Assembly: GCA_019637395.1 (NCBI GenBank)
Contig: JAHBVR010000012.1
Coordinates: 193,842-257,841 of the forward strand
DNA: 64,000 nucleotides
Source of the DNA: Vulcanimicrobiota bacterium
Lineage (GTDB): Bacteria > Vulcanimicrobiota > Xenobia > Xenobiales > JADMJV01
Reading direction: 5' to 3'
The notes below the pieces were generated by a model. That model was not told where the DNA came from and ran no database searches. It saw only the letters and a program-made list of their open reading frames with translations. The translations under genes and the position numbers were made by a program. Numbering within the stretch: position 1 is the stretch's first letter; each line of letters starts with the position of its first letter. This document shows positions 26,586 to 34,954 of this stretch, piece after piece.

Positions 26586-27581
26586 ATGATCCGCAATCTG
26601 GCCGAAATGACCTGGCTCGAAGTCCAACAGCTCAACCTGGACGAGGCGCTGGTCTTCCTACCCGTCAGTCCCCTCGAGCAGCACGGCCCCCATCTACCTA
26701 TTGGAATGGACCTTTTCGGCGCCGAATTCCTCACCCGCAAGATGGCGGAGCTTTTCCAAAGCCTGCACCCCAGTTGGGAAGTGCTGCTCGTACCCGGCCT
26801 GCCGATTGGCTCCAACGCCTTTGACTATCCGGGCAGCCTCTTCACGCGCCAACGGGTCATCCGCGATTTGCTGGTGGACTACGGTGCCTGCCTGGCCCGC
26901 CACGGGTTGATCCACCAGGTCATGATCAGCGTACATGGCGGCACGGGCCATATCGTAGCCATGGAAGAAGCCGCCGACATCCTGGCGCGACGTTTTAAAT
27001 GCCGGATCATTGCTCCCTTCGGCGCCCTGGCCTCGAAGTATTTCCACGGCGGCTATGATGAGCAACTGGGGGCCTTGAGCGGCACGCCCCTCACTCCTGA
27101 AGAACGCAAGCAACTGCGCAGCGACTGGCACGCCGGCTGGTGGGAAACCTCGCTCATGCTGGCCGCCTGCCCGCACCTGGTGCGCCCTGAATACCGCGAG
27201 CTCCAAGAGGTGCGCGTCGACGACTTCCGCAAAGTCAACGATCAACTGGTCAAGAGCCTCAATGAAGGCCTCGGCTACCTGGGCGCGCCGGCCAAAGCCA
27301 GCGCCGAATTCGGCGAACTGCTCTCGGGCCTGCTGGCCGTGGACGGCGTGCGCCTGATCGACCGCATCGTGGTCGGCGGCGGTGCCGTCCAACCCAACGA
27401 CCGCTCCCCCCTCTACGACATCCCCTTCATGCGCACGGACTTCGTGCGCAACTCCGTGGCCGTCGGTGCCGGCGTGCTGCTCACCCTGCTCGGCGGTTTG
27501 CCCCTGCTGGAAGCCGTCCGCCGCGGTGGCATCCCGTTCTTGCCCGAAGACAAAAAACCACTGCCCCCCCGGGAAGACTGA
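26586..27581 (+). CDS. Creatininase-family amidohydrolase with a C-terminal hydrophobic segment
   Basis: Start at the internal ATG. Metal-binding motif LVFLPVSPLEQHGPHLPIGMD. The C-terminal VAVGAGVLLTLLGGLPLL looks TM-like. Confidence 0.75.
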   Translation: MIRNLAEMTWLEVQQLNLDEALVFLPVSPLEQHGPHLPIGMDLFGAEFLTRKMAELFQSLHPSWEVLLVPGLPIGSNAFDYPGSLFTRQRVIRDLLVDYGACLARHGLIHQVMISVHGGTGHIVAMEEAADILARRFKCRIIAPFGALASKYFHGGYDEQLGALSGTPLTPEERKQLRSDWHAGWWETSLMLAACPHLVRPEYRELQEVRVDDFRKVNDQLVKSLNEGLGYLGAPAKASAEFGELLSGLLAVDGVRLIDRIVVGGGAVQPNDRSPLYDIPFMRTDFVRNSVAVGAGVLLTLLGGLPLLEAVRRGGIPFLPEDKKPLPPRED

Positions 27582-28739
27582 CTATGGTTCGAGCGCGAAG
27601 TCGCTCCGCAGGGCATCCATGCGCTCGCGCCAGCGCGCCTCCACCCGCGCTTTCTCGCGTTCCGGCAAGAAGCTGGAGCGAATGCCGTTGAGACTGATTT
27701 TCTCGAGATCCTGCAGGCTCAAGCCGCATTGTTCGGCCATGGCCAAGTACTCGCCGGTGAGAGTCAGGTCGAAGATATGGCGGTCGTCGGTGCTGATGGT
27801 GACGGGAATTCCCTGGTGGGCATAAGTCATGAGCGGGTAGGACTTGAGGTCTTTGACTACGTTGATGAGCAGATTGCTACTCGGGCACATCTCCAGGGTA
27901 GCCCGGCGGCGGGCAACTTCCTCAAGCACGGCCGGATCCTCGCCCAACCGCACGCCATGGCCGATGCGCTCGGCGTGACAGACTTCCAGAGCCTGGCGAA
28001 TGCTGTCCGGCCCCACGGCCTCACCGGCGTGGATGGTGATGTGCAGCCCCTGGCTCTGAGCATAGTCGAAGACTTCCTTGAACTTGGAGGCGGGATGATG
28101 AACTTCGTCGCCGGCCAGGTCCATGGCCACCACGCCCCGGTCTTTGCGCGCGGCCGCCGCCCGGGCCACGCGCATGGCCGACTCCAGCGGATAGCTGCGG
28201 TTTAGCGAGACGATCAGACGCGACTCGATGCCGTAATCTTCACTGGCCTGCTGCATTCCCTCGAGCACTGCGTCGAGCACGCCCTCGATGGACAGCACAT
28301 CCTCGCGCTTGACCGGGTTGATGCGAATCTCGCTGTAGACCACCCCCTCGCGCGCTTCTTCCTCGACCATCTCGTAGGCCACCCGCCGCAAGCTCTCGGG
28401 ATGGTCGAAAACAAAGCGGAAAGGGTCGAACTTCTTGAGAAAATCGAGCAGATTCTCGCCCGGGCGCATCTGGATTTTTTTCTTGAGTTCCTCGACATTG
28501 GCGGCGCCCAGCTCGATATTATAGACTTGCGCCAGTTCCAGAATCGTGTCAGGCCGAACCGCACCCTCCAGGTGCGTATGCAACTCTGTCTTAGGCATGT
28601 GCTCGACCAGTTGGCGAAAGGCGTCTTTGTCGAAGTAACGGGTGGAGGCGTCGCTACGAGCAGGATCACCAATTCGAAAGGAGGGCTCGGCCGAAGCCAA
28701 CAGCGTCAGAGCGAGGAAAAGGGCGGCGCAGGTTTTCAC
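27582..28739 (-). CDS. add: Adenosine deaminase family protein with an N-terminal signal peptide
   Basis: TELHTHLEGA (the HxH zinc motif), …SLNRS…, HAGE, and the C-terminal DD (TISTDD). Signal peptide MKTCAALFLALTLLASA. Confidence 0.82.
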   Translation of the reverse strand: MKTCAALFLALTLLASAEPSFRIGDPARSDASTRYFDKDAFRQLVEHMPKTELHTHLEGAVRPDTILELAQVYNIELGAANVEELKKKIQMRPGENLLDFLKKFDPFRFVFDHPESLRRVAYEMVEEEAREGVVYSEIRINPVKREDVLSIEGVLDAVLEGMQQASEDYGIESRLIVSLNRSYPLESAMRVARAAAARKDRGVVAMDLAGDEVHHPASKFKEVFDYAQSQGLHITIHAGEAVGPDSIRQALEVCHAERIGHGVRLGEDPAVLEEVARRRATLEMCPSSNLLINVVKDLKSYPLMTYAHQGIPVTISTDDRHIFDLTLTGEYLAMAEQCGLSLQDLEKISLNGIRSSFLPEREKARVEARWRERMDALRSDFALEP

Positions 28740-29537
28740 CTAAACCGGAGGTTTCTCCAAATGAGTCTGGTGCACGCACAGATCGGCGATCTTGCGCACC
28801 AGCGCGCCTACCAGGGGCACGGCGGCCATGGTTCCGCCCAGCGAAAGAAGGTTGTTCATGATACGCGACTTCAAAGTTTTGCCCTCGAACTGCTCGCGCT
28901 TGCCCTGGGCGCTCAGGCCTTCCCCCCACAGCTTGCCGGTGGCCCACTCGTAGGCAGCGCTGGTTTCACGGCGCTGGGTGCGGTTTTCTTGGACGCATGT
29001 ATAGACTTTGCGTAGATAGCCGGATTCGCCCAGACGATCGGGATCGATTTCCACCGAGGCGCCGGCATACATCAGATTAGCCCGATTAAATCCTGGAGTT
29101 TTTTCCGACATGGGAAACAGGCAGGCGCCGTCGGTTTCCACGCGCTTCTCAAAGCAATCGAAGCCCTTGGAAACTTCCTCCGGTTTGATGGCGGCGTAGC
29201 CATCCAGGTCCGAATTGGCGCCCAGACGGCCGCGCGAGAAACTGCCGGTCAGGTAAATTTTGCTGGGATAAGCAGGCAGTTCTTGCACATTCTCGAGCAA
29301 AGACCGCTGCAGCGCGTCAATGCGCGGCCCCACCTGCGCATCGGTAAAAGGCCTGGCCAGTTCGCGATCCACCTTGGACTGCCAGCGCGCCGACAACTGG
29401 TCGGAAGAACGGTGAGAAAGGTAAGTAGCCAGGTTCTCCTGCATCACTTCGTGCTGCTCGGCCGGCAGGCCGCGTTCTTTCATCAACTTGCCGGCATCAC
29501 GCCAATGCTGGTCCGGCCATTTGGTCTGGATTCTCAC
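28740..29537 (-). CDS. Nucleotidyltransferase-domain protein (Pol-beta superfamily, PF01909-like)
   Basis: LTGSFSRGRLGANSDLDGYAAI matches hG[GS]x9-13Dh[DE]h. Forms an ATGA overlap with the upstream His-box gene. The N-terminus reads MRIQTKW…. Confidence 0.65.
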   Translation of the reverse strand: MRIQTKWPDQHWRDAGKLMKERGLPAEQHEVMQENLATYLSHRSSDQLSARWQSKVDRELARPFTDAQVGPRIDALQRSLLENVQELPAYPSKIYLTGSFSRGRLGANSDLDGYAAIKPEEVSKGFDCFEKRVETDGACLFPMSEKTPGFNRANLMYAGASVEIDPDRLGESGYLRKVYTCVQENRTQRRETSAAYEWATGKLWGEGLSAQGKREQFEGKTLKSRIMNNLLSLGGTMAAVPLVGALVRKIADLCVHQTHLEKPPV

Positions 29538-30127
29538 TGGGGCATGCCCATCCGGGCCAGTTCAGCCGTCAACTGCTCTTCGCTGATCTTACCGAGAGCG
29601 AAGTTCTTGTAGGGTTCCACTTTCCAGGCGACCGGTTCGGCGCCGAGGGTATTGTAGATGGCCTTTTCCCACTTGGGCCAGAACTTGATTTTGTCGAGCG
29701 CCTTATTGCTCACGCCGATCAGACAATAGTCGGAATCGTGCGTGTTGGTGTGCCACTTGGTGTGCTTGAGAGTCTGAGCCTGGCTGCCGTAGTTGTCGCC
29801 CTTGTGATGCCACACGCCCGAAGCCAGGTCCATGGCCACGATGATGGCGCCCGCTCCCAAAGCGGTGATGGCGGCTCGGGTCAGTCCCACCGACAGGCTG
29901 CTCGAGGTGGCCAGATCGTAGCCAATCTTGGCCACCCCGGCCACTCCGACGGCGGCCGCGGCACCACGGGCGATTTTCTTGACCACGCGGTGAGCGGGCC
30001 GGGCTCCCGAAAACTCGACGGAATCGCTCTGTTCTTTGGGCTGCGGCTGGGGAGTGGTGGCGAACTTGTTGTAGCTGATCGTTACCTTCATGTTATTGTG
30101 CTGGATTTTCATCCGTCGATTCCCCAT
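29534..30127 (-). CDS. His-box membrane protein (short paralog of the 30109..31092 gene)
   Basis: Shares GVWHHKGDNYG and HTNTHDSDYCLIGVSNKALDKIKFWPKWEKAIY with its neighbour. The N-terminus carries the MKIQ / Pro-rich / SDSVEF module. Confidence 0.6.
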   Translation of the reverse strand: MGNRRMKIQHNNMKVTISYNKFATTPQPQPKEQSDSVEFSGARPAHRVVKKIARGAAAAVGVAGVAKIGYDLATSSSLSVGLTRAAITALGAGAIIVAMDLASGVWHHKGDNYGSQAQTLKHTKWHTNTHDSDYCLIGVSNKALDKIKFWPKWEKAIYNTLGAEPVAWKVEPYKNFALGKISEEQLTAELARMGMPQ

Positions 30128-31092
30128 TTCTCTTTGCGCATCGGCATCTCGGTGGCTTTGAAGCCCTTCATCATTTCTCGGGAACGGGCGATGTATTCTT
30201 CTTTGCTGATCTTGCCGTCCACGTAGTCCTTATATTCCGGGACATTCCAGGAGTCCGGCTTGGCTCCGGTGATTTTATAGATGGCCTTTTCGTAGCGGGG
30301 CCAGAACTTGATTTTGTCGAGCGGCTTGTTGAGATGGCCGGTGACGATGCAGTAATCGCTGTTCCAGGGCATGCGGTGGTGAACGCCGTGATTCTTGGGG
30401 TCGATGGCCAGGCCGGCTTTTTGGAGCAGTTTGCCGTGCTTGGGAACCTCGGTCTGCTTCATATGCGACCACTGGTGGAATTTACCGTAAACGCTCATAC
30501 CGCCGATGAGCCCGATGGCGCCGGCCAGGATGGGAGCGGGAGCCCCCAGAGCGGCGGCGCCGACCAGCGGGGCCCAGGCTACCGTGCTGAGCGGGAAGGC
30601 CCAGTAAGACAGGGAGTAGTGACCCAGTTTACCGGGGTGGAAGTGATGGCGCTGGGCCTGCTTGGCGAATTTGCGCACGAAACCGAGCTTGGCGTCGGGC
30701 TTGGCGTAGTTGTCGGCCCAGTGGTGCAGCAGCCCCGAGGGCAGGTCGGCCAGCACGTAGCCGGCGGCCAGAGCGCCGGTGGAGAGAGCGGCCGTTCCAA
30801 TGGCCGCGCCCAGCGTGGGGGCACCGGCCACGTCGGCGATGACTTTGGCGGCGCACCAGGCGCCGGAGGCGAGCACGCCGCCGAACATCAACTTCATAAA
30901 GGGGCTGCCTTCGGTATCCTTACCGGCGACACGCTTTTCTTGGAAGAATCCTTTGATGAGGCGCTGGCCCAAACCCAACTCCGGTTCTGGCCGGGAAGTC
31001 TCGAGCTGCACGCTGTCGGCGGCCGGGGCGGCCGGAGGAGCCGGCAGCAGTTTGGGCAGATTCGGTTGGCTGGGTACGCTCTGGATTTTCAT
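30109..31092 (-). CDS. His-box membrane protein, di-iron lipid desaturase/hydroxylase-like (CarF/FAD4/TMEM189-like, tentative)
   Basis: His clusters LLHHWADNY, HHFHPGK, HQWSHMK and HGVHHRMPWNSDYC, separated by hydrophobic Gly/Ala-rich helices. The N-terminus reads MKIQSVPSQPNLPKLLPAPPAAPAADSVQL. Confidence 0.6.
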   Translation of the reverse strand: MKIQSVPSQPNLPKLLPAPPAAPAADSVQLETSRPEPELGLGQRLIKGFFQEKRVAGKDTEGSPFMKLMFGGVLASGAWCAAKVIADVAGAPTLGAAIGTAALSTGALAAGYVLADLPSGLLHHWADNYAKPDAKLGFVRKFAKQAQRHHFHPGKLGHYSLSYWAFPLSTVAWAPLVGAAALGAPAPILAGAIGLIGGMSVYGKFHQWSHMKQTEVPKHGKLLQKAGLAIDPKNHGVHHRMPWNSDYCIVTGHLNKPLDKIKFWPRYEKAIYKITGAKPDSWNVPEYKDYVDGKISKEEYIARSREMMKGFKATEMPMRKEKWGIDG

Positions 31093-31168
31093 AGGCCAAA
31101 TTTACAACTCGTCAATGAAAAGTCCCTGAATTTATCCCTTCAGGCTTCTTTGAGGAGATTCGACTAAG

Positions 31169-31927
31169 TTGATAAGCGTGAAACTACAGCGACATAGTCC
31201 GCAAACGCCTCGTCCCCTACCCCCTCCCAAACCACCCGAACCCAACGACCCGGGCAGCCTCGTCGACCACGTGGGAGCTGTCCAATTGGGAGGCCTGCTC
31301 AGTGACCTGGGGATGGGGGCTGCCTACACCTTTGGCGCCTCCACACCCGTCAGCGGCCTGGGACTGGCCATGGCCGCCTTCCATGGCGCCCGCGGGGCCG
31401 CTTTTGGTGCTTTAGCCTTAAAGGAAAAAGAAGCGTTTAAACTTAAAGCTCGCATCGGTGTGGCCGCTTCGGAGGGCCTGCTGGCCGCCGGCCATGCCCT
31501 GGGAGCCCTGGGCGGGGGCGCCTGGAGCATCCCATTGCTGGCCGCCGGCGCCGGACTGAATGCCTTCACCGACTACAAATACCGCACCCACTTCGGAGTG
31601 GAAGCCCCGGCCAAAGGCCCGGTCAGCCCGGCCCGCATTGCGGGTGCAATGGTGGATGGCGCCCTGGGCGTTAGCTACGCCGCCGGCGCCTCTTCTTTAG
31701 GTCTGGTGGCCGGTGCCGGCCACCTTGGCGCCATGGTCGGCTACTACGGCGGCAGCCTCTGGAAACCCGAAATGAAGCATCACTGGCACAGTAAAGGTTT
31801 CGGCCACGCCCTGCTGGCCGCCGGCCACCTGGCCGGAGCCGCCGGGGCCGGCGCCTGGGTTCTGCCCGTGCTGGCTGGCGGGACTTTGATCACCACCCTT
31901 CAGGATTCGCGCCAGAACGCCAAATAA
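31169..31927 (+). CDS. Gly/Ala-rich glycine-zipper membrane protein with a Pro-rich N-terminus
   Basis: MISVKLQRHSPQTPRPLPPPKPPEPNDPGSLVDHVGAVQL, then GxxxG/AxxxA zippers and the His motif EMKHHWHSKGFGH. Confidence 0.55.
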   Translation: MISVKLQRHSPQTPRPLPPPKPPEPNDPGSLVDHVGAVQLGGLLSDLGMGAAYTFGASTPVSGLGLAMAAFHGARGAAFGALALKEKEAFKLKARIGVAASEGLLAAGHALGALGGGAWSIPLLAAGAGLNAFTDYKYRTHFGVEAPAKGPVSPARIAGAMVDGALGVSYAAGASSLGLVAGAGHLGAMVGYYGGSLWKPEMKHHWHSKGFGHALLAAGHLAGAAGAGAWVLPVLAGGTLITTLQDSRQNAK

Positions 31928-32112
31928 TTTTGTTCATGAATTGGCCAAGGACTTGTCCTCGGAACGCGACCAGTTCCGCTCCTCTGTCCTGGGACAGCAG
32001 CCCATCTGCATCGCCAATGAGGACAAAAGCCGCCTGACGCGTTCGGATCTGGCGTCGACTATGGTCGGGTCGGGTGCCTAACACCCAAAAGCCAGCTACC
32101 CCTCAGCGAAAG

Positions 32113-33261
32113 CTACTGACCCCACCCAAAAAAGTCGCGCATCTCCAAATACGTCTGCGGGTTCGAGAACAGCAGGCCGTGGTTGCGGTGGTGGCGGTCT
32201 TTCAAAAAGTGGGGTTTCTCGTCGCCGATCTGGAGGGAGTTGCCGGGCACGGTGCCGTCGCCGAGCACGGGGATGAAGTAGCGGCCCAGCGTCGGGCGGG
32301 AGTGGGAGCCGACCAGGCGCACCGCTTCGCTACGGGCCTTCTGGCTTTCCCAGCGTGAATTCAAGTCAGCCAGTTGAGGGTTGGCGGGGCCGCCGGTGAC
32401 GGGGCGCAGCCAGCCCAGCGCGTCGCGGTCGGCTTCGGTGATGGGTTTGCGCGAAAGCAGCCAGTTGGTATCCCAACCCCGACCGGCCAGATCCAGCAGT
32501 CCCAGCGAAGAACGAGCCAGCGCCGAGCCGCGATTGGGCGTGCCCAGCATCATGAACTTACCCACCTGGTCGCCGCCCTGATCCAAGTAGGTGCGCGTGG
32601 CCAGTCCGCCCATGGAATAGCCGACCACGTCGGCCTTGGGACTGCCGGTCAGGGCCGCGATGGCTTTCAAATCCCGCGCCAATTCGGGAGCAGACAGATT
32701 AGGCGGAGTATTCACCGAAGGGAACACGGCCACGAAAACCTTGCCGTCGGAGCGCACCTGCGAAGTCAAAATGCGCTCCTGGCAATCCAGATCAGCGAAG
32801 AACTCGCCGTCGCGCACATAGTAAACGCGCCCGCCGTTCTGACCGTTGGCGGTCAGCTTCTCGGCCAGATGATCAAAGCGATCCTCGGGAGTCTGCCAAC
32901 CCGGTACCAGCACCACCGGACGCTGAATGCGCGAGTCGGGTAAATCCTTCAGCAAAGTCGGGGGGAGCGGCTTTTTGATGGCGCCCAGCGACTCCCACCA
33001 GCCCATTTTCTGACCCAGGTGCTCCAAGCCCTCGCCCGCCTTGGAGAGCACCACCGCCAACGGCCCGCACAGGGCCATCAGAACCTTTGAGCCCAGGCCG
33101 GTGATGAAACGCGGCTTTTCCTCCAAAGTCGTCCAGGCGGGGGGACCTTTGGGCCCATTCGGACCACCGCCAATCTGAACGCTATCAGGCGAAGCGGGCG
33201 AAACAGACGGGCGAGGCGGCACAGGCGCCGAAAGAGGACGAAACGCGGACTGGATCTTCAC
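32113..33261 (-). CDS. Alpha/beta-hydrolase (lipase/esterase) carrying the MKIQ N-terminal module
   Basis: Nucleophile elbow VVGYSMGGLATR (GxSxG). The N-terminus MKIQSAFRPLSAPVPPRPSVSPASPDSVQI parallels that of the 30109 gene. Confidence 0.78.
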   Translation of the reverse strand: MKIQSAFRPLSAPVPPRPSVSPASPDSVQIGGGPNGPKGPPAWTTLEEKPRFITGLGSKVLMALCGPLAVVLSKAGEGLEHLGQKMGWWESLGAIKKPLPPTLLKDLPDSRIQRPVVLVPGWQTPEDRFDHLAEKLTANGQNGGRVYYVRDGEFFADLDCQERILTSQVRSDGKVFVAVFPSVNTPPNLSAPELARDLKAIAALTGSPKADVVGYSMGGLATRTYLDQGGDQVGKFMMLGTPNRGSALARSSLGLLDLAGRGWDTNWLLSRKPITEADRDALGWLRPVTGGPANPQLADLNSRWESQKARSEAVRLVGSHSRPTLGRYFIPVLGDGTVPGNSLQIGDEKPHFLKDRHHRNHGLLFSNPQTYLEMRDFFGWGQ

Positions 33262-33324
33262 ACGCTTACCTTAGCAGCCCCTCGAACCAGCTTGAAGAAA
33301 CAGAAAGTTAACGGGCGGACATCA

Positions 33325-33370
33325 AAAAGGAGCCGCTAGCGCTTCGGGGGGGTCGTGGCTAGCAGCTCCT
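33325..33370 (-). terminator. Rho-independent terminator after the efflux operon (minus strand)
   Basis: GGAGCCGCTAGC…GCTAGCAGCTCC, a 12-bp stem with one mismatch and a long loop, followed on the minus strand by a T-run. Confidence 0.55.
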
Positions 33371-33454
33371 ACGTCAGAGTAGCACTCCCTCCAGGTCCAT
33401 GACAGGCACTTTATACCTAGTTTTTATCACAAAACATGGTCAAACATGACCATA

Positions 33455-34954
33455 TCATGGAGTAGGTGGAGCAGCCTGGCTGAAGTAGCCGTGTTCGAAA
33501 GGAGCGGCCAGGGCGTGGCGCAGACGCGCCCGCGACAAATTCAACTCATTCAGAGAGTTCACGTAATTGGTGCGGGCCGAAACGATAGCATTCTGGGCGT
33601 CGAACACATCCGTCAGGGTCCCCAGGGCGGCCCGGTAGCGCCCCGAAGCGATGCGCACACCCTCACGGGCCGAATCCACGGCGGCGGCCGCCGCCTCCAG
33701 ATTGCGCTCGGCCGTCAGCAACTGCATGACCACTCCACTCACGTCCCGCTCCACCAGCAACTGAGTTCGAGTGTAGGCGGCTTTGGCCACCTCGATGCCG
33801 CCCTGGGCGTTGATGGTGGCACCGGCCTGGGCACCGCCGTCCCACACCTGAAAGTCGATGGACATCTGCAGGTTGAAGGTCGGATATTGCACGCCGTTGG
33901 CGCGTCCTTGATAAGTAATTCCCGCGAAAGTCGACAGAGCCGGGTAATTCAAGGTCCGGGCCGCGTCGTAAGCAGCCAGAGCCGCATCCACATTACGCTG
34001 GGCCACCAACATATCCGGTCGCTGCGCGAAAGCCAGCTTGCTCAACTCGTTCATGTCCCGCAAAGGCACATCCGGCTCGTCAAAGTCGACCAGCTCCAGC
34101 GAACTGCGGGGAGAAAGGCCCAGGGACTGGGCCAGATCGAGACGAGCCAGTTCCAGGTTACGCCGCGCGTTGTTCAGGGCGAAGACCGAATTAGACACAG
34201 TGGTTTGGGAGCGAACCACGTCGCCCGGCGACATATTGCCGGCCTGGAAAAGCGCCCGCGACATGCGCAACTGTTCCTGACGATTCTTCAGATCGTCCTC
34301 CCCCACCTGAACCAGACGCTGCGCTTGCAAAACCGTATAATAACGCTCCTTGACCGTCAGGGACACGTCATTCTCGGTTTGCAACAGGCTGGCAGCCGCG
34401 GCCTGGCGACGCAAATCGGCGGCCCGCACCAGATCGCGGGTATGGCCGAAATCGAAAAGCAGCCAGTTGATACCCACGCTGTTGGACCAGGTATCGGTGG
34501 TCCGATTGACCGGGTTCAGGCCCAGCGAAGCCGTCTGGCTACCCGCCGAAGTGCCGGAAATATGACTGTACTGACTGGTGCCTCCGATGTGAGGCAATAG
34601 AGCGGCGCGCTGCTGTATGGTGGTGCCCTCGGCCTGCTGCAACTGGCCCTGGGCGGTGCGAATGTCCGGCTGCAGCCGCCAGGCCAGCCGCACGGCTTCT
34701 TCGGGGCGAATCGGCAAGCGGGGCGCATTCTCGTCCTCCGGCTCAGGCAGGGCCAAAGGAATCGGCGGCTTGGGAACGGCCTCACGCGTCTGGTCGGGGT
34801 TGAAAGGCGCGGGCTCTCCCGGCACCGGCTCGGGCATCAACGGCGGCGGCGGGGGCAGCGGAGGTTTTGCGAAGGCCGGCAAAGCCAGCCAGAGACACAG
34901 AAGACCCTTACGCACGCGCTTTCCTCTGCTTAAAGAAACGGCGTTCGAAGTCAT
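33455..34954 (-). CDS. TolC-family outer-membrane efflux protein
   Basis: 499 aa. Pro-rich N-terminal linker, tandem alpha-helical/beta-barrel halves, and the typical …LNLSRARL… closing motif. Confidence 0.85.
   Translation of the reverse strand: MTSNAVSLSRGKRVRKGLLCLWLALPAFAKPPLPPPPPLMPEPVPGEPAPFNPDQTREAVPKPPIPLALPEPEDENAPRLPIRPEEAVRLAWRLQPDIRTAQGQLQQAEGTTIQQRAALLPHIGGTSQYSHISGTSAGSQTASLGLNPVNRTTDTWSNSVGINWLLFDFGHTRDLVRAADLRRQAAAASLLQTENDVSLTVKERYYTVLQAQRLVQVGEDDLKNRQEQLRMSRALFQAGNMSPGDVVRSQTTVSNSVFALNNARRNLELARLDLAQSLGLSPRSSLELVDFDEPDVPLRDMNELSKLAFAQRPDMLVAQRNVDAALAAYDAARTLNYPALSTFAGITYQGRANGVQYPTFNLQMSIDFQVWDGGAQAGATINAQGGIEVAKAAYTRTQLLVERDVSGVVMQLLTAERNLEAAAAAVDSAREGVRIASGRYRAALGTLTDVFDAQNAIVSARTNYVNSLNELNLSRARLRHALAAPFEHGYFSQAAPPTP

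Noticed and set aside
33446-34600. 384-aa plus-strand ORF over the TolC-family gene
   Set aside because: Antisense shadow. Its start coincides with a palindrome (ATGGTCAaacaTGACCAT) that is more likely a structural element 3' of the outer-membrane gene.
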